Origin: a virus
Virus record (IMG/VR): IMGVR_UViG_3300028920_000002
Location: 122,724 to 186,723 of that record
DNA: 64,000 bases
Direction: 5' to 3' (one strand)
Shown here: piece after piece, positions 18,493-25,289 of the stretch
Position numbering within the stretch: position 1 is the stretch's first letter
How the letters are laid out: each line of letters opens with the position of its first letter
Translations under genes and position numbers: made by a program
The notes under the pieces: generated by a model
The model's database searches: none
What the model saw: the letters and a program-made list of their open reading frames with translations, nothing else
What the model was told of the DNA's origin: nothing

Positions 18493-18912
18493 ATGCGTAG
18501 CTACAGCACAACTCGTTTCACCCAATGCGAACAGGAGTTACTCGTCCAGGCGCAGACGCTAGTGGAAGCTGTCCCCTCGACCGTCGGGGAACAGGTGCGT
18601 TGCCACGAGCTTGCTCGCGCGGTCGCAACCATTCTGTCGCTTCCCGTGCAAGACGGAAGATTTGAGGCCGTTGAGCATTCATGGATATGGGCGAAGTCCG
18701 GCTGGGAGTACCACTCGGACTATCGGGATTTCTGTGGCGCTCCACCGATTCTGGACGTGTACGTGCCCGGCTGTCTGCCTCAAGTGCAGCTTGTGGACTG
18801 GTCGCATTGGGGGCTTCCCTACAAGCGGGTGTACGTGCCTGGAGAACTCCGCAACGACATAGACGATGAGATGTTGAAGCGGCTCGTCGCCATGATGGGC
18901 GACACCAAGTAA
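18493..18912 (+). CDS. Hypothetical protein
   Basis: GGGAG SD; CHELARAV..HSW..ILDVY pattern. Confidence 0.7.
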   Translation: MRSYSTTRFTQCEQELLVQAQTLVEAVPSTVGEQVRCHELARAVATILSLPVQDGRFEAVEHSWIWAKSGWEYHSDYRDFCGAPPILDVYVPGCLPQVQLVDWSHWGLPYKRVYVPGELRNDIDDEMLKRLVAMMGDTK

Positions 18913-18935
18913 CTGTCATTGCTAGAGGAGGAGAC

Positions 18936-19247
18936 ATGAGCGACGAGAATGAGCTGAAGTTCACCGACCCGGACCAGGGAATGATGAAGCTCAATCTGCG
19001 CCCCAAGGTGGTGCAGCGAGGAAAGTGCTCCACCGAAGTCTACGACAACGGTCAGGTGGTAGTACGCGAGGAGCACGAGCCCGACGAGGAGTTGGAGAAG
19101 ACAGTGTGGGCTGACCAGCCAGTGTGTCTCTTCGACTTGTACAAGTACGGTAGTACCCCAGTCGAAGGTGCGTACAGGAAGGAAGACAAGGTGGCTTCAG
19201 TGCGCATCTGCAAACACTGTGGCTGCTTGTATGCGGAGAAGTCATGA
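18936..19247 (+). CDS. Hypothetical protein with C-terminal Zn-ribbon
   Basis: RICKHCGCLYAEK, resembling the C-terminus of 17107-18366; GAGGAG SD. Confidence 0.7.
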   Translation: MSDENELKFTDPDQGMMKLNLRPKVVQRGKCSTEVYDNGQVVVREEHEPDEELEKTVWADQPVCLFDLYKYGSTPVEGAYRKEDKVASVRICKHCGCLYAEKS

Positions 19248-19408
19248 AGCGCCGCAAGCGCTGCAGTTGGTGCAACGAGCTGATTGAGGTCGGCCAGGAG
19301 CTTCGCAGGAAGGATGCTGCCGACCTCACTCACTACTTCCACAAGAAGTGCTGGAAGGCACACTGTGATTGGTTGAACGAGATTAGTTCACGGAAGAAGA
19401 GACGATGA
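19244..19408 (+). CDS. Small Zn-finger protein (54 aa, absent from the ORF track)
   Basis: MKRRKRCSWCNELIEVG..YFHKKCWKAHC; ATGA overlaps at both ends. Confidence 0.65.
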   Translation: MKRRKRCSWCNELIEVGQELRRKDAADLTHYFHKKCWKAHCDWLNEISSRKKRR

Positions 19409-19620
19409 GCGAAGGGTACGAGTATCCCAACGAGGTCGAGGTGATAAGAGAGTCGGACTCCGGCAAAGCCCTCCTGGTCAAGGACGACGAGGGTGAGGAG
19501 TTTTGGGTGCCCAAGTCTCAGATTCACGAGGACAGCGAGGTCTTCAAAGTAGCTGGCAGCAACAGCTACGGGCGCCTCATCGTTACCGAATGGTTAGCGA
19601 AGGAGAAGGGTTGGTTGTGA
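19405..19620 (+). CDS. Small acidic hypothetical protein
   Basis: 71-aa ORF with EEFWVPKSQI motif. Confidence 0.7.
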   Translation: MSEGYEYPNEVEVIRESDSGKALLVKDDEGEEFWVPKSQIHEDSEVFKVAGSNSYGRLIVTEWLAKEKGWL

Positions 19621-19826
19621 CAGACCAGAAGTTCATGCTTGCACAGGAGGCGGCCGAGGAGGTCGTACGCATTGAGCCCGACGGTAGGGTCTTTCTGTAT
19701 GGTGAGCTCGTGGAGACTGACGAGCAGCGCCTTGCTGCGTTCTCGCTGATTGTCGACTGCAGTCGTGGCAATTACGAGCCGCATGGGTACAAGGACATCG
19801 TTGAGATTGAGGAGCCCGACCAGTGA
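19617..19826 (+). CDS. Small hypothetical protein
   Basis: GTGA overlap with the previous stop. Confidence 0.6.
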   Translation: MTDQKFMLAQEAAEEVVRIEPDGRVFLYGELVETDEQRLAAFSLIVDCSRGNYEPHGYKDIVEIEEPDQ

Positions 19827-20026
19827 AGAAGACCATCTGGTACATGGCCAAGCCTGGCGAAGAGCGGGACTACGCCATGACCAAGCCTCCGAATCCCTGG
19901 TGGGCCGAAGAGTGCAAGAAGCAGGGCTACGTCATCTTCTCGGTTGAAGTCGACCTGCCTTTGGGATGGGATAGTGCCGACCACGAGCTCAAGGGGCGCA
20001 TTGCAGGAAGGGAGCTGCCGGAATGA
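19823..20026 (+). CDS. Small hypothetical protein
   Basis: Coupled 67-aa ORF. Confidence 0.6.
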   Translation: MKKTIWYMAKPGEERDYAMTKPPNPWWAEECKKQGYVIFSVEVDLPLGWDSADHELKGRIAGRELPE

Positions 20027-20328
20027 AGAAGGTGACGTGGGAAGCCACGACTGAGCGCATGTACGTTCAGCTAGTGCAGGAAGTACCCGAGGAGAAAGAC
20101 CTGACCATGTCCAACGGGATGATGGCCATGACTGATTCGTTTCCTACTTCCTACCTCATGATTGGCAAGCCGGGGTCCAAGGAGCGCACGCGTGTGGAGG
20201 GACCTGACGCCGAGCTGCTGCTTCTGGCGCTCGGCAAGGTGATGTCCATGAGGCCCGGGGCCGGGATGCATACTATGGGTCGCATTCCCATGCCGCCGGG
20301 TACTAGCCCCTTCGGCTCTGTAGGCTAG
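20023..20328 (+). CDS. Hypothetical protein
   Basis: ATGA-coupled 101-aa ORF. Confidence 0.65.
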   Translation: MKKVTWEATTERMYVQLVQEVPEEKDLTMSNGMMAMTDSFPTSYLMIGKPGSKERTRVEGPDAELLLLALGKVMSMRPGAGMHTMGRIPMPPGTSPFGSVG

Positions 20329-20347
20329 CAAAGTAGGCGGGGGCTGA

Positions 20348-20355
20348 GGTATAAC
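20348..20355 (+). promoter_or_regulatory. Probable tmRNA promoter (-10 TATAAC within GGTATAA)
   Basis: About 30 nt upstream of the mature 5' end; leader hairpin GAGTGA/TCACTC. Confidence 0.55.
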
Positions 20356-20385
20356 AGGGGTGGAGTGAGAACCACTTCACTCTTT

Positions 20386-20752
20386 GGGCCTGAACTGGTT
20401 TCGACGTGGAGGAATCAAAGTAGTTGCGTGCAGGCGGTGCTCGACCCGCCTTGACCAATCGAGCAACGGCAGTTGCCAACGACAACGCCACCCCCGCTCT
20501 CGCAGTCGACAAGGCTGCGTGAGCCGTTCGCCTGGGTAGGAGCCCAAGTACCCCAGGGGACGTCATCAGAACATGGGTGGACAGCGGGAAAGACTGCTGA
20601 CTCTCAGGAAAGACTGAGTGGTGGAGGTGCCTACCAACCCCCGAGGCGCCAATCGGTTGCTGGATGAACCAAAACCAATCGCCAGCTACGCACGTGAACG
20701 AGACTACTGAGTGAACTTCGCGGACCCGGGTTCGATTCCCGGCGGGTCCACC
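20386..20752 (+). ncRNA. ssrA: tmRNA; tag peptide ANDNATPALAVDKAA encoded at 20475-20522
   Basis: 5' GGGCCUG pairs with 3' CGGGUCC-ACC, giving a G3-U70 Ala determinant; ACTGGTTTCGACG after the 5' stem; T-arm CCGGGTTCGATTCCCGG; ANDN resume motif; CCA not fully encoded. Confidence 0.95.
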
Positions 20753-21390
20753 GGGTTCTGTCAGGTGTGGGTAAAGGAGGGGATGTAGCGCTCCCTCCCA
20801 GCAAACCTCGGGAAGTGGTGCACCACTTTCTGCTGTTAGGCTGCCTGACAGAGCACGAGACTTGTCCCCATCAGTCTCGCAGTATTCTGGTGGGGGCACG
20901 ACGGAAGGTAGGAAACACGTCAGTTAGCTGCTGTCGCAAGCCCTACTGAAAGTGAGGTCGCTAGGAGGACATCCTGGAGAAGGCCCTGTAGGCAATTAGA
21001 GCTCAATGGTTCGCCCAGTCCTCGAAAGCCGACCTTCTCCCTGTTGTGTCGTACGGTGTACCTCGGGCCCCATCAACACAGGGTATGGTGTGGGCCCCAA
21101 CTCTATCCCGGGTACTAGATACCCCGGTGGGTAGGTCAGCGAGACGCTCTTGGTAGCTGACCAACAACGGTTCTCTCTTTTGGGAGGCCGACAAGGAGCC
21201 GGGGGTCAGGTGAAGACGGTTAGCCTGACCACCGAACACCATGATGTGACCGCTCCCCAGCAGGGTTTGCACGCTTTCCCCACTGATGTTAGAAGTGTGC
21301 GCCCCCGACGTCCCGCAAGGCGTCGGGGGCACCAGCAGCGGGTTCGATGCGGCCTACCCCCCAAGGCTCACGGGCCCGCTGCCTTTTCTT
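20753..21390 (+). ncRNA. Candidate large structured ncRNA (or array of small RNAs) directly after tmRNA
   Basis: No credible ORF; at least 10 predicted helices of 6-11 bp, plus possible pseudoknots; ends in a hairpin + U-rich tract. Confidence 0.55.
21335..21390 (+). terminator. Terminator-like hairpin closing the tmRNA/ncRNA unit
   Basis: GCAGCGGG (21335-42) / CCCGCTGC (21375-82) followed by CTTTTCTT; loop unusually long. Confidence 0.5.
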
Positions 21391-21412
21391 AGCTCTCTGC
21401 TAGACTGGCGTC

Positions 21413-21793
21413 GTGGCCATCAGCGAAAAAGAGCAGGGCGAGGACAAAGCCCGAGAGGACTTTCACTTCGTTGAGCGTAGGGCAGTCAACAACGCCTACG
21501 CCGCCCTTGTGGGTCGGCAGTACACAGAGTCGCAGCAGGCGTTCACCTTCGAGGAGGCGTTGGACGCCCATATCGAAGCCATCGAGGGGAAGGATGACCC
21601 TCTGCATCCCAACGAGCTCAACCGGGTGAGGCGCATTCGCAACGAGCTCAATGCCGCTGTGGATGCCATCAAGGCGCTGCCTCCCGAAGCGTTCGTGCTC
21701 GAGGCCAGCGAAGAGGACGTCAACACCGAAGAGGTCCTCGAGGAGCGCACCGCCGCCAAGGAAGCGGCGAATGAGCAAGCCTTCGGCTCCTAG
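21413..21793 (+). CDS. Acidic helical hypothetical protein (leaderless geometry)
   Basis: TGCTAGACT (-10 at 21401-21406), 6 nt, then GTG. Confidence 0.65.
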   Translation: MAISEKEQGEDKAREDFHFVERRAVNNAYAALVGRQYTESQQAFTFEEALDAHIEAIEGKDDPLHPNELNRVRRIRNELNAAVDAIKALPPEAFVLEASEEDVNTEEVLEERTAAKEAANEQAFGS

Positions 21794-21810
21794 GGTATAA
21801 GCACCCCAGT

Positions 21811-22359
21811 ATGACTACGTCTCTCTACTGGGAGAGTGCTCCTGACCCCGACGGGGACCATGAGGAGACAGAAGAAGAGCGGCGCAAGCGTTTCGACCGC
21901 AACATGGAGAACGCTGTGCACGCGATGCTGGTGTGGGCGGAGGAGGTGAGCAAGTCCAACGCTCAGCTCAGCAGGGCGCTGTCTGGTAAGGACGAGTATG
22001 GCACTCCTGACTACAACCCCGACAATCCGTTGGCCAAGATTGCGGACAAGTTGGGTGATATCGTCAACATGCTAGGTGGCTACGGTGGCACCAGTCCGTT
22101 CCAAGGTATCGAGACGGCCATCAGCGAAATCTCCGAGGCAGCTAACTCGGCCAAGACTGCGATGGACAAGACCTTGGGCAACGCCGCGCTCGATGCCCTA
22201 CGCTCCGAGAATCAACGACTCACGCACTTACTGTTCCAGGTTCTTGGCAAGGACCTAGAGCGTTCGGATGAGCCGTTCATGACCGCCCTTCGCCGAGCGA
22301 TGAGGGAAGCCGAGGAGTCTCCAGCCCAGTCGGAATCTCCTCCTGACCAAACCGATTGA
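21811..22359 (+). CDS. Helical hypothetical protein
   Basis: 182-aa ORF; GGTATAAG ends 9 nt upstream of the ATG. Confidence 0.7.
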   Translation: MTTSLYWESAPDPDGDHEETEEERRKRFDRNMENAVHAMLVWAEEVSKSNAQLSRALSGKDEYGTPDYNPDNPLAKIADKLGDIVNMLGGYGGTSPFQGIETAISEISEAANSAKTAMDKTLGNAALDALRSENQRLTHLLFQVLGKDLERSDEPFMTALRRAMREAEESPAQSESPPDQTD

Positions 22360-22503
22360 AGCTGCCAACTTCAGCTACGCTCAGCCAGTTGTGCTCGCAA
22401 CTCAGACAGCGGCACGAGTGAACCAGATTGACGCCGTCTTGGTAGAGGCGTTTGCACTCGCAGTTCCTATGTTCGCAGGCCACGCTGCATTGTACAATGA
22501 GCC

Positions 22504-23619
22504 ATGGCAACTGCAGCAGACATCGGTTGGGGTTCTTACAGAAGCTACGAGGGTCCGTTCTACCGTGGCAAGGTACGTTACCACCTGCCTTCGAGGCCGA
22601 CGGAAGAGGACAAGATTCTTGCCGTCATCACTGCAACGGAAGGCGGTCACTTGGACGCGTACAATGGCTACGACCGTTGCATCCGTACCAGTGGGCTAAT
22701 TCAGTGGTGCGACCGCGCCCCTCAGCACAGTGTGGACGACATGCTCGGCAAGGTCGCCGAGGAGGACCGAAGTCTCATCCTTCCGGTGGACCAGCTGATG
22801 AAGACCACTGGCTACGAGTTCAAGAAGGGTAGCAATGGTAAGTGGAGGGCCCACAAGGGCGGGGTTCCCATCAACACGGCCGAGCTGCAGCGCCGCCTCT
22901 ACTTCCTGAACAGCGATGGCAAGAAGGGTAACTGGGACACCGCCTCGAAGCAGCGGGCCAAGGAATGGGCTGCGGCAACCTCGACGGTCTGGGAGTTCAC
23001 CGAAGCTCAGAAGGTCCAGCGGGCCTACACGGGCAAACGGCTGCTGAGCTTCGCTCTGCCCAAGGCGCGCCGCATCATCAACCAGGCGCCAGGTAATGGC
23101 GTCGGCAGGGCTTTCACGGCTGCCTACCTCAGCTTCGCCGCCAACAACCCCACCTGGGCCTGGCGCGCTCTGGAGGCCGCGCTCAAGGAGTGGAACGGCC
23201 GGCCGCTCTGGAATGAGCAGTGGCTCATCCACGCGTTGAAGAGCCTGACCTTCCATCCGAGCGTGGCCATCTACCCTCATCGGTACAAGGCCATCCGCCC
23301 GGTGCTCGAGCGGCTCTACGGGGTGCAGCTACCGGACTTCCCCAACGAGCTCAAGGCGTGGACGACCAAGCACAACTACAAGGGCTACATCACTACCCTG
23401 CGCCTGCAGGAGGCGCTCATCACCCTCGGCTACGACCTTGGGCCCGCCGGCGCCGACGACCGTTTCGGCAAGATGACCCGTGATGCCCTCCGAGAGTTCG
23501 AGGAAGACGCGGGCATTCCTGGGGCGTATCGGGATGGCTCGCCAGATGAGTTCACGGTACCCTCACTGGAGAAGGCGTTGGAGAAGCGGGGAGCTCAGCT
23601 CCTTTGGGAGAACGAGTGA
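22504..23619 (+). CDS. Endolysin: lysozyme-like catalytic domain + C-terminal peptidoglycan-binding domain
   Basis: ITATEGGHLDAYNGYD..SGLIQW; LQEALITLGYDLGPAGADDRFGKMTRDALREFE matches the PG_binding_1 pattern; TACAAT 5 nt before the ATG. Confidence 0.8.
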   Translation: MATAADIGWGSYRSYEGPFYRGKVRYHLPSRPTEEDKILAVITATEGGHLDAYNGYDRCIRTSGLIQWCDRAPQHSVDDMLGKVAEEDRSLILPVDQLMKTTGYEFKKGSNGKWRAHKGGVPINTAELQRRLYFLNSDGKKGNWDTASKQRAKEWAAATSTVWEFTEAQKVQRAYTGKRLLSFALPKARRIINQAPGNGVGRAFTAAYLSFAANNPTWAWRALEAALKEWNGRPLWNEQWLIHALKSLTFHPSVAIYPHRYKAIRPVLERLYGVQLPDFPNELKAWTTKHNYKGYITTLRLQEALITLGYDLGPAGADDRFGKMTRDALREFEEDAGIPGAYRDGSPDEFTVPSLEKALEKRGAQLLWENE

Positions 23620-24224
23620 GCCAGAAGGAATCTAGCGACATGCCGGGCTACATCGGAGTAGCTCAGGACGAGAACAAGTACTTGTCTGGTGGAGAGCCGG
23701 TGGTACGTCCGGGTGTGTACGTCGAGGAACTCCCGGCAAGCTTGGCAGCGCTGTCTGGGCTGCCTAAGGCGGACAATACTCTCAACAAGATGCTGAAGCA
23801 GGCTTACGACGGGAGCAATGTCGCTGCCTGGGAGGACAAGAAGATGGCCGCGCAGCAGAAGCTGGTAGAGCAGCTACGTGCCATCGAAGAGAAGAAGCTT
23901 CAGGAGGGCATCGCTAAGATGGTGGAGGAAGCGGTAGAGCGCAAAGATACGCTACTCGCTGCCACCAACGACGTCCTCGCTCGGCAGAACAAGCAGCTGC
24001 TTGAGCGGGAGCAGGGGCTACAAGACCAGGTCACCAAGCTATCGAAGCAACTTGATGAAGCACACGAGCGAATCTTCAAGCTCACTGACTTGGTGTACTC
24101 GAAGTGGATGAATGACGGACGACAAGAGGGACCTCCTGGAGGCCACGAACAAGGTTCTGCGCAAGAAGAACAGGGAACTTCAGAAGGCGCTGGACAACGA
24201 GACACTTCTTCGCACGGTACTTGA
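23616..24224 (+). CDS. Coiled-coil hypothetical protein
   Basis: GTGA overlap with the endolysin stop; heptad-rich. Confidence 0.65.
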   Translation: MSQKESSDMPGYIGVAQDENKYLSGGEPVVRPGVYVEELPASLAALSGLPKADNTLNKMLKQAYDGSNVAAWEDKKMAAQQKLVEQLRAIEEKKLQEGIAKMVEEAVERKDTLLAATNDVLARQNKQLLEREQGLQDQVTKLSKQLDEAHERIFKLTDLVYSKWMNDGRQEGPPGGHEQGSAQEEQGTSEGAGQRDTSSHGT

Positions 24225-24495
24225 GCGCAATGAGGCGCTCCGCATTGCCAAGATGGAAGGCGTGGAGAATCGGTTCACCGGTCTCTTCTATGCCATCGAG
24301 GTTCTGGCAGCTGAGGTACCTAGCAACACACAAGCTGGGCGTCAGGCTAGAGCTCAGGCGCGTACATTGCTGTCCAAAAGGGGCGTGAAGCCGCCAGCGA
24401 GCCTCGGCGCTCCGAGAAAGTCCAAGCCGCGGAAGAAGCGGAAAACCAAGGCGAAGCGTGCTTCTAAGGCCAGCCGGCCAAAGAAGTCGAGTTGA
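24112..24495 (+). CDS. Hypothetical protein with K/R-rich C-terminal tail
   Basis: Ends RKSKPRKKRKTKAKRASKASRPKKSS. Confidence 0.65.
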   Translation: MTDDKRDLLEATNKVLRKKNRELQKALDNETLLRTVLERNEALRIAKMEGVENRFTGLFYAIEVLAAEVPSNTQAGRQARAQARTLLSKRGVKPPASLGAPRKSKPRKKRKTKAKRASKASRPKKSS

Positions 24496-24551
24496 CAAGG
24501 GGAGCGCCCCGGGCACACTGAAGGTCGGAAGGCGTTCCCTTCGTCGGTCAG

Positions 24552-24593
24552 GCCCACCCGCTTCCCCATGTGCGGGTGGGCTTTCGTCTTTTT
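24552..24593 (+). terminator. Rho-independent terminator
   Basis: Perfect 10-bp stem GCCCACCCGC/GCGGGTGGGC followed by TTTCGTCTTTTT. Confidence 0.85.
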
Positions 24594-24626
24594 CTAGCTC
24601 CATGTCCGTGGTGATAGAATCGGCAC

Positions 24627-25289
24627 ATGGCGATTGACTTCCAGGTCGTCTATCCGCAGGAGTCTGTGCAGCTCAACAAGGTTGAGCTGACCAATGGGGC
24701 TGGCATCGACGCCCTCGACATCCGCGGTCAGGACTTCCGCTCTGTCGACGAGGTGCTCATCAACGATTTGCCCTCGCCCGATGTCATCGTGGTGAGCAAG
24801 AGTCAGCTTCTGGCTCAGCTCCCAGACCGTCTTCAGGGGGCACCGGGTCAGGTCAATACGGTGATGGTACTCTCGAAACGCCTGACGGTGAGCGAGCGCA
24901 GCATCATTCGATTCCGTATCAGCGATACCCCGGGGCGGGTTCGCGGTCTGCTCCGTCTCATCCAGCTCTTTCTGAAGACATTGTTCACCACCCCTGGTAG
25001 CGACATCTTCGACCAAGACGCTGGAGGTGGAGCGTTGAGGAAGGTCGGCGAGACGTTTGGGGCTGACGAGGGTGGAAACATCGTGAGCAGCTTTGTGGTT
25101 TCCGTGAATCAGACGGCTCGGCAAATTGTCGCTCGGCAGAGCCGTGACTCGAGCCTGCCGCTCGATGAACGGTTGATGTCCGCCCGTGTCATCCGAGCGA
25201 ACTTCGACAAGAACCAGGGCGCATTGTTCATCGGTGTAGAGCTACTTTCCCAGGCGGGTCAGCAGGCCATCGCCAATATGGAGCTGTAA
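24627..25289 (+). CDS. Baseplate wedge subunit (gp25-like) with Ig-like N-terminal domain
   Basis: LIQLFLKTLFTTPGSDIF..GG motif; directly precedes the baseplate J-like gene; TGATAGAAT 6 nt before the ATG. Confidence 0.7.
   Translation: MAIDFQVVYPQESVQLNKVELTNGAGIDALDIRGQDFRSVDEVLINDLPSPDVIVVSKSQLLAQLPDRLQGAPGQVNTVMVLSKRLTVSERSIIRFRISDTPGRVRGLLRLIQLFLKTLFTTPGSDIFDQDAGGGALRKVGETFGADEGGNIVSSFVVSVNQTARQIVARQSRDSSLPLDERLMSARVIRANFDKNQGALFIGVELLSQAGQQAIANMEL

Noticed and set aside
18361-18932. Integron attC cassettes
   Set aside because: TAAC follows the stops but there is no GTTRRRY core, no imperfect palindrome and no integrase.
20770-20840. SAM-I or c-di-GMP-I riboswitch (ordered GGAGGG..CAGCAAACC..GGTGC words)
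   Set aside because: The ligand-pocket AUC/AU P1-P3 residues and the GACGCAAAGC element are missing, and no gene follows directly; kept only as part of the unknown RNA.
20753-20860. HDV-like (theta) ribozyme processing the tmRNA 3' end
   Set aside because: I could not build the nested P1/P2/P3/P1.1 double pseudoknot starting at 20753.
20753-21390. RNase P RNA, SRP RNA, tRNA genes or self-splicing intron
   Set aside because: No GAGGAAAGUCC/P4 motif, no SRP helix-8 motif, no full cloverleaf, no group II domain V.
22277-22510. Cys-rich minus-strand ORF (CEHRNCEC..CRCLSCEH)
   Set aside because: Could be a real small Zn-binding gene, but it overlaps both neighbours and the endolysin promoter and has no clear start signal.
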